64,000 nucleotides of DNA from the human T2T-CHM13v2.0 reference genome, Homo sapiens, in assembly GCF_009914755.1 (NCBI RefSeq), contig NC_060926.1, one strand, 5' to 3'. Within the stretch, counting starts at the first letter, position 1, and each line of letters starts with the position of its first letter. This document shows positions 1 through 15,835 of the stretch, piece after piece. Under the pieces are notes generated by a model. It made no database searches and was not told where the DNA came from. It saw only the letters and a list, made by a program, of their open reading frames with translations. The position numbers and the translations under genes are program-made.

Positions 1-398
<398 letters not shown>

Positions 399-772
399 TG
401 AGTTTTATTATTCAAACAAACAGTCTGATTTTTTTTTCCAGTTACTCTATGTTCTACAGTAACAATTTATAGTTTTCTGCACAGGTTCTGTACATTTCTT
501 TTTACACATATTACTACACATTTCATGGTTTTTCTTGCTTTTGAAATAGGATCCTTTTTCTATCATATTTTCTAACTGATTACTGCTGACATGAAGAAAG
601 CTATTTAGTTGTTTTATACTTCTCTTGTATCTATTTTCTGAGGCTAACATGAAACCAAACAACTTCAGTAGCTTTTCAACCTTTCTGTAAACAGAAACTT
701 GTATTATGTATTATGGTATAAGTTTATCTTTATCTAATCAACATTTTAAATGTATCTTAAACCTAACAATTT

Positions 773-799
773 ACACATACACACACACACACGCGCGCA
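773..799. repeat. (CA)n(CG)n microsatellite
   Basis: acacatacacacacacacacgcgcgc. Confidence 0.85.
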
Positions 800-1242
800 G
801 TTTCTCCATACTCTTGTGCAAGTAAAACTGTCCCATAAAAGAGAGATTTCACACTGATTCCTCAGCAAGAGTCTGGGCTTTGCTTCTTGCACTTTCTAGC
901 ATCAGAGCAACAGACCAGCTCAGCACCAAGAGTGAGTCACTATCCAATCCACCTTATTAGCCATCTAACATTCTGAATAGCTATGATATTCACGCTAATT
1001 AGGATCAAGTCAGGATCTTTTCTGCTCATGTATTATAACACATTCAAGGGTTCCCTGTGCTTGAATACTTCATTAAGGGGAGAGTCTGTCTCTAGGTGGC
1101 TTTTTCTCCCTTGTGCCCATTAAAAAACAAAACAAAAAAAAACAAGAGCCTTCAAGTTCATTCTGCCACAATGATCTCCTTCAGCTAATTCGACTATCTA
1201 ATCTTTATCAGTTCACTGATAATGGTCAAAAGTTTTCTCCTA

Positions 1243-1591
1243 TACTATGCAGCCATAAAAAAGGATGAGATGCATGTCCTTTGTAGGGACATGGATGAAG
1301 CTGGAAACCATCATTCTCAGCAAACTATCAGAAGGATGGAAAACCAAACACCGCATGTTGTTATTCACAGGTAGGAAGTGAACAATGAGAACACTTGGAC
1401 ATAGGGAGGGGAACATCACACACCAGGGCCTGTTGTGTGGTGGGGGGATGGGGGAGGGATAGCATTAGGAGAAATACCTAATGTAAATGACAAGTTAATG
1501 GGTGCAGCAAACCAACATGGCACATGTATACGTATGTAACAAACCTGCACGTTGTGCACATGTACCCTAGAACTTAAAGTATAATAATAAA
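1243..1591 (+). mobile_element. 5'-truncated L1PA 3' end with TSD
   Basis: L1PA 3'UTR (catggatgaagctggaaaccatcattctcagc...cacatgtaccctagaacttaaagtataataataa). TSD aaaagtt(t/c)ctccta at 1228-1242 and 1592-1606. Confidence 0.92.
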
Positions 1592-1732
1592 AAAAGTTTC
1601 CTCCTAATGGATAAAAATTATTCTTTAAACTTGGAGATTTATAAACAGGTTTTCTATCTTTAAAAGTCCAGGTTGTTTTTCTTCTACATATTTAAACATT
1701 TAAAATTGCATTTAAGTATTTAACTGGCATTT

Positions 1733-2029
1733 TATTTTTATTTATTTCATTTTTTTGAGACAGGTTCTCACTGTGTCACCTGGGCTGGAGTGCAGTGGTG
1801 CAATCTCAGCTCACTGCAACCTCTGCCCCCAGGGCTCAAGCAACTCTTCCCACCTCAGCCTCCTGAGTAGCTGGGGCTACAGGTATGCGCCACCATGCCT
1901 ATTTAATTTTTTGTATTTTTAGTAGAGACAGGGTTTTGCCATGTTGCCCAAACTCCTGAGCCCAGGTGATCCACCTGCCTTGGCCTCCCAAAGTGCTGGG
2001 ATTACAGGCATGAGCCACCACACCCAGCC
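1733..2029 (-). mobile_element. Alu (AluJ-like, small internal deletion)
   Basis: T-rich tail and dimeric Alu body. Confidence 0.9.
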
Positions 2030-2114
2030 TTTTAAATGTCAGCAAAATACTTCTAAAGTCACGTCCTATACAGCTGTTTTTTAAACATGCACTATGCTCT
2101 TAATGTCAATTGTC

Positions 2115-2417
2115 CTATGATCTATGAGGCCACGTGACTCATGCTTGCTGACAGGATGCAGGCACAAGTGTTGCGCAGGCACACCCTCACTTTGCTCACA
2201 CTCACCACCCTGCCCTCAACTTCACCTAGAGGATTCCAGAGCCTGAAGGAGGTGAAACCACAAGAAGGAAGGAGTCTGGTTCCCTGAATGACTGTGTGGA
2301 GCAGAGACTCCCTTCTCAATGAACTGTAATGTGAATGAGAAATAAACTCTTATTACGTTGAGCCACTGAAATAATGTTACTGTTTTAAATGCAGTTAGCC
2401 TATCCCTAGATAACACA
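2115..2417 (+). mobile_element. MLT1-family MaLR LTR fragment
   Basis: ccctgaatgactgtgtggagcagag...tgagaaataaactcttatt..ttgagccactga is typical of MLT1 3' ends. Confidence 0.7.
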
Positions 2418-4401
2418 GAAATGTGAGGTAAAGGTCTTGAGACTGCCAAGAATTTGGAATAGCTGACGAGGAAAATAAAAAGGGTAATGACCAAGATCAA
2501 ACTGATGGAGGGGCTGTGAGAGCCCAATAAAGACTGAGTCACACAAATCTATAGTAACACCAATCCACATGGTTGTACAATAAATTCAATTTGCCTATGT
2601 AAATCACTTTTTAAATCAAATGGTTAAAAGAGCAACAAAATATTTTTTAATGAAATATACGGAATCCCAAAATACAAACTAGAGAAATACAGAGCAGATG
2701 TGGCTGAAGCAAGACTGGAGGACCTAGAACCTCATCTGCTGAGCTCCTCCGACACCTGCAGAACCTGCCTGCAGAGTCCCAGGACTCTAAAGGTCAGTGT
2801 GAAAATTCATGATTTTACAGTATCGTTAACCTTAAGTTGCTAATGTTAATATTTGTTATCAACATTAAACTAAATTAATTAAAAGTATGCTTTTTGTTTC
2901 TATTTTCTACTATTAATAAATGCTTATTTCTCACTTATTATAATTCAAGTATTCAAAGCTCTTAATTTCTCTTTCAGATGGCACAGCTTTGCCCACATGG
3001 CTCCAGTTTCTCCATTTGTGTTGTCTGTTACTTTCCCCCATTTTTCTCACTGTATTTTCAACTTTCTTCTGTACTGAAGTATTATTCCCGACTCAATATA
3101 TATTTAATGCCATCGTGTGCTAAGCACTAGGATGCATGATGAACAAGACCAATATAGGTGCAAATTCTCAGGAGAATTTAATTTTCTAAGTGACTGCAAT
3201 TCTTTTAAACTTATATAACTATTTCCCAATTTCATTACACTATGATGACAATGTGACCTGGGCTACTTCCTCAAGATCACGAAGGTTTTCACAGTGGTCC
3301 AGTATCTACTGATCCTGCTCATGAGGTAATGTTTTCCAGGAATACCTACTATCCATAAACTAGATGGCCAGCATCTGCTCTCCTTTTCTGCCCTTCCAGG
3401 TGTATCTCCCAATTCCACTCAATAGCTTCGATTAACTAGTTTTTTAGTGCATTTAAATTGTTTTGTTTTGGCCTTGGGTTTTATTTGTTTTTGATGTAAT
3501 TTCCTTTCATCTGAACCTATTTTTAAAATCTGTGTAGTAAAATATACTTTAATCTCATTAGGGAGAAAAAGGTATTTCCTCTTTCTCTTCTAAAACTCTC
3601 TTGTTTTATAGAAGTGATTTTTTTTCCCTGAGCTCATACAACTTTGGTCCATTTCTATTGCTGAACAATTTTTTTTTCAGAGGTAACATGATTTTTCCAA
3701 CACACTTATCCTTACACTGGATTTACTGCTCATTACTTACGCTGTCCAGATGACCCGAGACTAGCCCAAAGCAGGCCTATTGTATCTTGTTCACTGGAGA
3801 AAGCAGTCAAGCTTGACATAAAAAATATATATGTATATAAAGGTTTATCTTCAACTTCCCCATCTGGTACCAAAGTGTTAGCAGATGTCACTTTATAAAG
3901 ATGGAAAGCAAGTTACTTCGTAAGAGCTTGTGCATTTATTTCACAACAGACATATAATCAGTTTTGTTACAGGACAAAAAGATTCATCTAGTACCAGGAA
4001 GAAAATACATCCCCTTTGAAGGAACAAATGCCAGAAATTATTTCCACTACTCAACTGAATACTGGTGTTGAATGGAGAACACTGAAAATAGGTGAAATGC
4101 ATAGAAGTAAAACGCACTCTTGAGCGCCTTCTCTAGGAAACTCAGACTGACCTAGCCCAAGGACCTAAGAACCAAAGGAAGTTCCATTAGGCAGGAAGAA
4201 GCAGAACAAGGCTCTTACTGACTTAGATAGTACTAAAAAGACTACTTACAAGAGAGAAATTCTAAATTTAGAAAGAAATTTTCAACTAAAATGTTTAATA
4301 ATAGCTTTTCACTTGAACTACTAAATGCAAATATATTTTGTCCTTTAACCACCTTGTTGGAATGGATAAAACAGGCTACTGAATCAAAGTTTTCATCTTA
4401 C

Positions 4402-4497
4402 CCTGAAAAATCAGCAGAATATTGTCCATAGTCAAAGATATAGACTCGAGTAACTTGGCACACTGTGAGGTATCCCAGAGCAAACACAAAGCAGTAA
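4402..4497 (-). CDS. MBOAT2: MBOAT2 coding exon (likely exon 4), 96 nt
   Basis: ttttgttttgcag|T TAC TGC TTT...TTT TCA GG|gtaaga. The first T completes the AA|T Asn codon; translates (N)YCFVFALGYLTVCQVTRVYIFDYGQYSADFS(G). Confidence 0.96.
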
Positions 4498-5019
4498 CTG
4501 CAAAACAAAAATAAGCTACATTAATGAAAATAAGACTCATTTTGTTAAAGAGTACATTTTAAAGTAATTTATTAGCTAAATGATATGGTTCAGAAATTAA
4601 ATATTACTAGATCTACTCTACAAACACCCTTCTTTAATAAATTATGAAAACTCTTTTCTAGTATCCACTTCAGTTTACTTGACTATCACCTTCAATGGTA
4701 AATTCATTTTATTCATTTCCTTCTGAGAGACATACACACACCACTTTACATATTTGAAATCAGGATCACAAGCATAAACCTGTGGTTAGTATGTGTTCCA
4801 TTTATTCCTCCTTTCTAGGACACAAAAGTTAGCACAAAAATATTTGGCTAAGGTATACATTCAACAAATTCTTAATAGAATTTTGAAAAAAACCTGTCCT
4901 CGATAGTCTAAAAGCATACCTTCTAAGTATGAGTCGGGTGGCATTTACACACATTTCATAGCCATGAACACTTACTGATTTCTATAAACTTAAGATGCTT
5001 GGAATATAGTTACAATTAA

Positions 5020-5400
5020 AAACATAGCATGGGAAAAAGAACTTATATATCAACAGGAGAGAACAGAAACCCAGAAACAGACTCCAGAATATTTAACATT
5101 GAATAGGATGAAGGCTGCAATGCAAATTATCAGGGAATGGATGAGTTGTCATCTAATTGGTTCACAGTCTGGGTGGGGAAAAGCAAGCTATGCCTTCATC
5201 TCACACCGAAACAATTCTATGTGGATTAATGAATTATATGTAAAATATACAAGTACAACAAATAGTAACTGTGACTAAATATTCAAATGTTCTGAAATTG
5301 GGGAAGGACTTTCTAAGCAATATATGATATAGGAGAAATCAAGGGAGAAAAAAACCTTTAACTAAAAAAAAATTTGACCAAATAAAAATCTTTGTCATGT
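5020..5400 (+). mobile_element. Ancient L1M ORF2 fragment
   Basis: Degenerate agaacagaaacccagaaacagac...tgtggattaa...ggggaaggactttctaagc. Confidence 0.55.
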
Positions 5401-5626
5401 AGGCAGTTCAGGTGGTTTTATGAAAGTTCTTTCAAACTTTTGACAAATAGTTAATTATAATCTTTTGAATTATTCCTGAGCAAAGAACAGGGAAGGAAAG
5501 CTTCCTAATTCAAATGTTTAACAAAGTTAATATATTCATGATTGCTGTATCTGACAAAAATAGCACATATGGATACCCATACACAAAGCATTGAGAAATC
5601 AAATTTTAAATAATTTCTAAAAATCA

Positions 5627-7740
5627 TGTGGCAGACTGCACTTTCCAAAGATGCCCAAAACAGTATCTCCCATTTTATACACTCTTCTGCAGTCTGTCCT
5701 GCTCCCCGTCAAGAGGAGGAGTCTACCTCGCTGCCCACCTCTAATTGCCCACTTCTGTGGGCTGGCCTTCTAACTGCACAGACCAGCGGATTACAGAAGC
5801 AACATTTTGCTAGTTCCAGGTGTGAACCATAATTAACCTGGGAGTTTCTACTTTTTGCCTTTTAGAAGTTGGTTGTTGGGAAGAAGTGTGACCATCCTGA
5901 GACCACTGCATGTAGAGATTCTGGAGGATGAGAGACGATCCAGAGAAAGACAGAGAGAGAGAAAGAACAAGAGAGAAAAGGTGGGATAAAGGAAGGGTTG
6001 GGGATTGGGTTGGGTGTAGGTCCTAATCAAGGAACTGATCACACACATCTAGGGGACAAGGAAGGAAGGAAAGAGGGGTGAAGGAGAGAGGAGCAGCGTG
6101 GAGATGGAGAGTGAGGCACTAAGGAGCACCAAGTGGTTAGACATGTGAGTGAGGAAGCTGATTCCACATGAAAAAGAGATGATGCTATCCAGTTGAACCC
6201 TTCCTGAACTGCTTATCCACAGTCATAAGCAACCTAATACAGAGTATCAATTTGTTTTAAGCCACTATGTTTTGATGTAATGACATAATCAAAACAGAAA
6301 CTGGTAACTGAAAATGGGGTGCTACTATAACCAAACACCTTTATGGAACATGTCAGATAAGAAGCCGTTTCTAAGAATCCTAAGCACATGCCTCTTAGAC
6401 ATTCTCTGATAGATAAAAAAAAGTTTTTAAGAACCCCAAGGGTGTTGTCACACAGCACCCCAACTCTCAAAGTAGAAAGGAGGCTGTCTAAAAGAGATTT
6501 GTGGGTGTAGTTTCTGTCTAATGTAGAGGATTACAATTAGATACACAGGAAGCCCACATAGTTTTCTAATGGGCTTGTAAAATATTAGACTGAAAAGGAG
6601 AGACAGTTCAAAATGAAAAGAGATGTTTAGGTCCCCAAATTTTACCCACAGGAAGCAGTCTAGGAAAGCTATTCAAATGTAAAACCTGGCAATTTCTTAT
6701 GAAAAAGAACGACTAGTTCAGGGTGTGGAGTCAAGAGCTCAGAGGATGAAGCCAAACACCACACAGATGCACTAGAGGGACTGGGTCTGGGCCCTAAATC
6801 AAGGAACTGATCACACATATCTGTCTAGATTTCACAATCACCATGGACTAGGGACTGAGAAGCGCCTTACAGTCCAATCATTTTCATTAACAATAATGTC
6901 TCCTACAGTTGTCCTATGGCTGATCATCACTGGATACTAGGTGTGTGAGGGGCAAAACACTTGTCCATTAGTCCACTGGTCCTCAAATCAAAAAGAACTG
7001 TACTTGAGGACCCACTCCAACAACCCTCATCCAGACCTGACTTAGATGACAAGATCAAGAACTTGAGCTTGATTCCCTAATGAAATGAGACTTTGGGGAT
7101 CTTGGGAGGAAAGTGGGTAAACTTTCATGTAGGATTCATGTGAACTGTGGGGGCCAGAGGACTGGCTGTTTTTCAAGACTGCTGCCATCAATAACATCCC
7201 TCCCTGTTGCACATGTCTAACTCTTTACATCAAGAGCTGAAAGAAAATTCTTGCTATGGTTGGGATGTTCGTCTCCTCTAAAACTTCATGTAGAAATCTA
7301 ATCTCTAATGCTGGAGGTGGGGCCTAATGGGAGGTGTTTGGGTCATGGGGGCAGATCCCTCATGAATAGATGAATGCCTTCCCTGGGGGATGAGAAGGTG
7401 AGTGAGTTCTCACTTTATTTATTCCCTTGAGAACTGGTTGTTAAAAACAGCCTGGCACCTCACCGCTCTTTCCTCCTCTCTGGCCACGTGGTCTCTGCAC
7501 ACACTGGCTCCCCTTTACCTTCTGCCACATGTAGAAGCAGCCTAAGGCCTTCACCAGGGGCAGATGCTCAATGTTGAACTTTGTAACCATCAGAACCCCA
7601 AGCCAAATAAACCTTTTCTCTATAAATTACCCAGCCTCAGGTATTCCTTTATAGAAACATTACATTAAGACACTTTGCCGTCCCACCCCCTTGAATCTAT
7701 GCTAGACTTAATAATTTATTTTTACCAATAGAATACAGTG
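5627..7740 (+). mobile_element. MLT1 (MaLR) LTR, internal region and partial 3' LTR, interrupted by MST and L1
   Basis: LTR start tgtggcagactgcac and end tttgttttaagccacta...; internal start aaactggta..gaaaatggggtgct; PPT-like gggggccagagg near 7150; LTR sequence resumes after the MST insert. Confidence 0.65.
7252..7672 (+). mobile_element. MSTB-like MaLR solo LTR
   Basis: tgctatggtttggg...ccaaataaaccttttctctataaattacccagcctcaggtattcctttatag...aagaca; TG...CA ends. Confidence 0.85.
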
Positions 7741-8081
7741 CAAATCATAAACAGAATTAAAAACAAAAATCACATGATATCTCAACAGATGCAGAAAAAC
7801 GATTTGACAAATATCCTGCATACCTTTATGATTAAAACCCTCATCAAAATTGGTATACAAGGGACATACCTTAATGTAATAAAAGCCACCTATGACAAAC
7901 CCACAGCCAACATAATACTGAATGGGGAAAAGTTGAAAGCATTCTCACTGAGAACAGGAACAAGACAAGGATGCCCATTCTCCACACTCCTCTTCAACAT
8001 AGTACTGGAAGTCCTAGCCAAATCAATAAGAAAGACAGACAGACATAGAGAAAGACAGAAAGACAGAAGGAAAAGAAAGAA

Positions 8082-8129
<48 letters not shown>

Positions 8130-8150
8130 GAAAGAAAGAAAGAAAGAAAG

Positions 8151-8189
<39 letters not shown>

Positions 8190-10018
8190 CAGGCCGGCCG
8201 GCCTTGAAAACCCTAAGGACTCCTCCAGAAAGTTCCTATAACTTATTGATAAAAGAATTCAGCAAAGTTTTCTGGATACAAGATTAACGTACACAAATCT
8301 GTAGCTCTTCTATACACCAACAGCAACAAAGCGGAGAACCAAATTAGTAATTCAACCCCTTTTACAACAGCTGCAAAAAAATAAAATACTTAGGAATATA
8401 CCTAACCAAGGAGTCAAAAGACCGCTACAAGGAAAACTACAAAACACTGCTGAAGGAAATCATAGACGACACAAACAAATGGAAACACATCCTATGTTCA
8501 TGGATGGGTAGAATCAGTATTACGGAAATGACCATACTCCAAAAGCAATTTACAAATTCAATGCAATCCCCATCAAAATACCACCATCATTCTTCACAGA
8601 GTTAGAAAAAGCAGTTCTAAAATTCATATGGAACCAAAAAAGAGCCCGCATAGCCAAAGCAAGACTAAGCAAAAAGGACAAATCTGAAAGCATCACACTA
8701 CCTGATTTCAAACTATACTATAAGGCCATAGTCACAAAAACAGCATGGTACTGGCATAAAAATAGGCACACAAACCAATGGAACAGAATAGAGAACCCAT
8801 AAATAAACCCAAATACTTACAGCCAACTGATCTTCAACAAAGCAAACAAAAACGTAAAATGAGGAAAGGACACCCTTTTCAACAAATGGATAATTGGCTA
8901 GCCACATGTAGGAGAATGAAACTGCATCCTCATCTCTCACCTTATACAAAAATCAACTCAAGATGGATTAAGGACTTAAACCTAAGACCTGAAACTATAA
9001 AAATTCTAGAAGATAACATTGGAAAAACCCTTCTAGACTTTGGCTTAGGCAAGGATTTCATGACCAAGAACCCAAAAGCAAAGCAATAAAAACAAAGATA
9101 AATAGTTGGGACCTATTTAAACTGAAGAGCTTTTGCATGGCAAAAGGAACAGTCAGCAGAGTAAACAGGCAACCCACAGAGAAAATCCTCACAATCTATA
9201 TACATCTAACAAAGAAATAATATCCAGAATCTACAACGAACTCAATCAGTAAGAAAAAAAACAAACAATCCCATCAAAAAGTGGGCTAAGGACATGAATA
9301 GACAATTCTCAAAAGAAGATATACAAATGGCCAACAAACATATGAAAAAATGCCCAACATCACTAATGATCAGGGAAATGCAAATCAAAACCACAATGTG
9401 ATACCACCTTACTCCTGCAAGAATGGTCATAATTAAAAAAACAGTAGATACTGGTGTGGATGCAGTGCTCAGGGAACACTTCTACACTGCTGGTGGGAAT
9501 GTAAACTAGTACAGTCACTATGGAAAGCAGTGTGGAGATTCCTTAAAGAACTAAAAGTAGAACTACCATTTGATCCAGCAATCCCACTACTGGGTATCTA
9601 CCCAGAGGAAAAAAAAGTCATTATTTGAAAAAGATACTTGCACATGCATGTTTATAGCAGCACAATTCACGATTGCAAAATCGTGGAACCAACCCAAATG
9701 CCCACCAATCAACAAGTGGATAAAGAAACTGCGGTATATATATACGATGGAATACTACTCGGCCATAAAAAGGAATGAATTAACAGCATTTGCAGTAACC
9801 TGGATGAGACTGGAGACTATTATTCTAAGTGAAGTAACTCAGGAATGGAAAACAAAACATCATATGTTCTGATATGTGGGAGCTAAGCTATGAGGATGCA
9901 AAGGCATCAGAATGATACAATGGACTCTGGGGACTTGGGAGGAAGAGTGGGAGGGGTGTGAGGGATAAAAGACTACAAATATGGTACAGTGTATACTGCT
10001 TGGGTGATGGGTGCACCA
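7741..10018 (+). mobile_element. L1PB-type element, ORF2 3' half plus 3'UTR, truncated at both ends
   Basis: ORF track gives RT/C-terminal peptides ([41 protein letters not shown]); L1PB 3'UTR gggataaaagactacaaat..gggtgatgggtgcacca. Confidence 0.9.
8026..8190 (+). repeat. (GAAA)n/(GACA)n compound microsatellite
   Basis: Direct inspection. Confidence 0.95.
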
Positions 10019-10469
10019 TGATACAGTGTATCATGACTGTAGCCAGTACAGCATAAACAGAAAACGAACAAACAAAAAAACAAAAACAATCTCATTAACA
10101 TAAGCAAAAATATTAACCAACATTCATATTGGAACTACATTCATTTGCCAATAATGTGAACAACTACTTTACTAAATAGGACAGTAACCAAGCATTTATT
10201 TATAGTCATTTTTGTCAAATTACAGTTGAATTGCAGCCATAAGTTAGCTGTGAGAGTTCAGGAAAAAAAAAAAAACAATGAAAGTGTTTTGTGAGAATCA
10301 ACGAGCTATACGGAATTGAAAATAAAGAATATTCTATTATCATTATTATTTGTCAATTGTGCACTAAAAGTCTGTTAAATTTGTAAAATTTACAATAAAC
10401 TCATGTATGCATATTTATGCATTTTTTTCCTAGAAAGCCAGTTAGTTGTTACTTACCAATATACCCCAA

Positions 10470-12100
<1,631 letters not shown>

Positions 12101-12647
12101 TATGATTATTACTAATATCAAAATAAAATCAACAGCTTCTGTAGAGTTCTAGAACGGAACATTTTCTTATTCATTGCATAAGAACTGTTGAATTGCTGCC
12201 TCATTTCAAAAGGTGAAACCACATCTAAAATATCTGTTCACTTACGTGTTGGATATAGAGTGGAAATTGCTCAGGGAAATTGCTAATTCCCATGTAGCAG
12301 CAACTATGGGAATTAATGAACTAGAACTGCTGAAGAGAACTAAAAACGAATTCTTCTCAAAAAAGGAAAAACAGGTGATGTCACCAAAAGGTTCAAAATC
12401 CTGATGGGAATGAAAACAAAAACTAACAAATGAGTGTTTGTTTTAACACGATGAAATCAAATTAAACGGTTTACTCCAAGGTTCTCAGGCTTAGACGGCT
12501 TTGGTTGTAGCCCAACTGCATAAAAGGCTTGCACATTTGAATACTAACTTTTTTATCTCTATTCTGCCTTCCCCTCTGTTTATATTTTCCAAGACTGTTT
12601 ACTATGTACCTTTTGTTTTATAGTGTTTTATGCACTTATTGAAAAGT

Positions 12648-14005
12648 TAGGGGAATTACATTACCTGATTTCAAGACTAAGTATGAAGCTTCGGTAACCA
12701 AGACAGTATGACACTGGCCTAAGGTCAGACACATAGATCAATGAACAGAATAAAGAGTACAGAAATAAAGCCATACATAGATGGTGAATTGCAATTCAAA
12801 AGGAAAAAGTATTTGCAACAAATAGTGCTGGGACAAATGAATATACATATAGAAAAAATAAATTTCAACCCTTGTCTCTTAACATACACAAAAATTAACT
12901 CAATATGGATCATTGATCTAGGCATAAAAACTAGAACTGTAAAACTTCTAGGAGAAATTATTCATAAACCAAGGGCAGGCACAGGTTTCTTAGTAAAAGA
13001 TAAAAAGCTCCAAACTAAAAAATTAAATTCACTTCATCAAAATTTAAAAGTTCTGCTCTTCAAAATTCACCACTAAGGAAAGGAAAAGGCAAACATAGGT
13101 TGAAAAAAATTTTCATAATTTATCTATCTGACAAAGGACTTATATCCAAAACATAGAAATAATGAATTATAAAAAAAAATTAAACCCAACAGTCAACAGA
13201 TATGAACAAAATGTCCCAAAAGAAGATACACAATTAGTCAAACAGTACAGGAAAAAAATGTTTGACATCATTAATCATCAGAGAAATCTAAATTAAAATC
13301 ATAATGAAATATCACCATATCTGTCAGAATGAGCACCATGGAAAAGGCTGAGAACACCAACTGCTGGTGGGAACAGAAAGGAACTGGCGCTCGCATACAC
13401 TGCCAGTGGGAGTGTAGAATGCTACAATCACTTTGGGAAGTTTGGCAATTTCTTACTGGATTAAAATATTTTTATTCGATGCTCCAGCAATTCCTCTCCT
13501 AGGTATTTACACAAGAGAAATGAAAATATGTATCAACAAAAATACTTGAAGAATGTTTCAGAAGTTTTACTCCTAATAGCCCATTTTTGAATTTTTAAAC
13601 AACTCAAATGTCCATTAATAGGTGAAAGGATACATAAATTGAGATATATTAATACAATGGAATAAAAAGGAACAAACTGTGAAACACAACAACAGGGATG
13701 AGTTTTTTAAACATTAAGCTGAGTAAAAAATGCCAGACACAAAAGATTACATAATGTATGATTCCGTTGCTATGAAATTCTAGAGCAGGCTAAATTGATC
13801 TATGGTGACAGAAAGCAGATCATTGGTTGCAGGAGACAGGATGGACTGATTGCAAAGGATCACAAAGGAACTTTTAGGGACAAGTGAAATGTGCTATATC
13901 TAGATTTAGGGTGGAAGTCACACCAGTCTACATGTTTGTCCAAGCTCATGGAACAGGCAGCTTTATTTTATTTTAGATAAGTCGTACTTAAATAAAACTG
14001 ATTAA
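12648..14005 (+). mobile_element. Ancient L1M (L1MC/ME-like) ORF2 end and 3'UTR
   Basis: ORF 12741-13076 (YTKINSIWIIDL) and degenerate L1M 3'UTR. Confidence 0.75.
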
Positions 14006-14129
14006 GAAATTATTTGGAAACAAACAATTTTTGCACAAGCCCTTTGCAGATTCCTTCTTATCCTGGGGTCCCAGGGTTCAGTTTGCATCTTTTCTCCATT
14101 TACATTCATTTTCAAGAGGAAATGGGCAC

Positions 14130-14413
14130 AGTGTGCAGTGCCTCTAAACAATTACAATGGTAACATCAAAGATCACTGATCTCAGATCACCATAACAGAG
14201 ATAATAAAGTCTGAAGTGTCAGAATTATCAAATGTAACACAGAGACACTAAGTGAACACATGTTACTGGAAACCAGCACTGATGGATTTGCTGGGTGCAG
14301 GGATGCCACAAACTTTCTGTTTGTTTAATAAAAAGAAAAAAGGCAGTATCTATGGTGCAATAAATAAATGGAGTGCAATAAAATAAAATGGAGTGCAATA
14401 GAACAGGTGTGCC
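14130..14413 (-). mobile_element. Tigger1 5'-end fragment
   Basis: Reverse complement resembles the Tigger1 start seen at 42241 (gatcactgatctcagatcaccataacag; gcagggatgccacaaac). Confidence 0.75.
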
Positions 14414-15538
14414 CATATTTGTTTAACCTGAATTATAGTTCCTATCAGAAAGGCAGAAGGAACAGTGAATTAAGGAGCTGTTACTGCTCCAGGCCTAAAA
14501 GGCTTGCAAGCCTCGCTCAAATAGCCTTTTTATTAAACAGCTTTATTGAGGTATAATTCACACACCATGAAATTTACTTATTGTAAGTGTATAATTCAAC
14601 AATTTTTAGTAAATGTGTAGAGTTGTGTGACCATCACTGCAAGACCGCTGCCCCAAGAGTTCCCTTGTGGTTACTTGCAGTAATCCCTAATTGTACCCTC
14701 AACCCTAGGCAACCACCGATCATTTTCTGTCTCTAGATCTGTCTTTTCTGGGAGTCTCATGTAAATAAAATAAAACAATATGTAGTCTTTTGTATCTGGC
14801 TTCTTCCACTTACCGTGCTCTTGAGGTTCCTCCATGTTGCAGCATATATCAGCAGTTTGTTCCTTTGTAAACTGCCGAATGGTATTCCATTGTATGGACA
14901 TGCCACATTTCGTTTATCCTTTCACCAGCCGGTGAATATTTGGGCTGTTTGAAGCTTTTAGCTATTATGAATAGTGCTACTCTATGTGGACATACGTTTT
15001 CACCCTGGGTAGAAACCTAACAACAGAATTTTCAGGGCATATGGTAAGTTAATGTTTAACTTTCAACCAAAATGTTTTCCAAAGTGACTACAATTTTTAT
15101 GTTCCTGTAAGCAACGTATGAAGATTCTAGTTTCTTCATATCCTCACTAATGCTGGGTATTGTCAGTCTTTTAAATTACATCCATTCTAGTGGATATATA
15201 GTTGTTATTATATAAAATAGTTTTAATTTTATTGTAGTTTTAATTTGCAATTCGCTAATGGCTAGTGATCTTGAGCATCTTTTAATTTGCATATTGGCCA
15301 TGAAATGTGTAACTAGCAATTCTGTCCATCTTTAAATTGGGTTGTCTTCTTAGTATTGATTGTACGAGTTCTGTACATCTTCTGGATCCAAGTCCTGTAT
15401 CAGACACATGTTTTGCAAGTATTTTTCTCCTGTGGCTTATCTCTTCATTTCCTTAAAGGTGTCTTTTGAATAGTAAAAGTTTTAAATTCTGAAATACGAG
15501 TATTCAATTTTTTTATTTTATTATGATTCATTTTTAAT

Positions 15539-15835
15539 TTTTTGTTTTGAGACAGGTTCTCGCTGTTTCCCAGGCTGGAGCACAGTGGTACAATCATAAC
15601 TCAATGTACCTTGGACTCCTGGGTTCAAGTGATCTCCCTGCCTTAGCCTCCCAAGCAGCTAGGACTACAGGTGTGCGCCACCACACTGGGGTACTTTTCT
15701 ACTTATAAACAACTTTTTTTAAAAGATGGTGTCTCACTATGTTGCCCAGGCTGGTCTCAAACTCCTGGCCTCAAGCAATCCTCTTCCCTCGGCCTCCCAA
15801 AGTGCTGGGGTTACAGGCGTGTGCTATCACACTCA
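15539..15835 (-). mobile_element. AluJ
   Basis: Diverged dimeric Alu. Confidence 0.88.

Noticed and set aside
7738-8241. 167-aa ORF with a K/E/R-rich tail
   Set aside because: L1 ORF2 fragment read through a (GAAA)n microsatellite.
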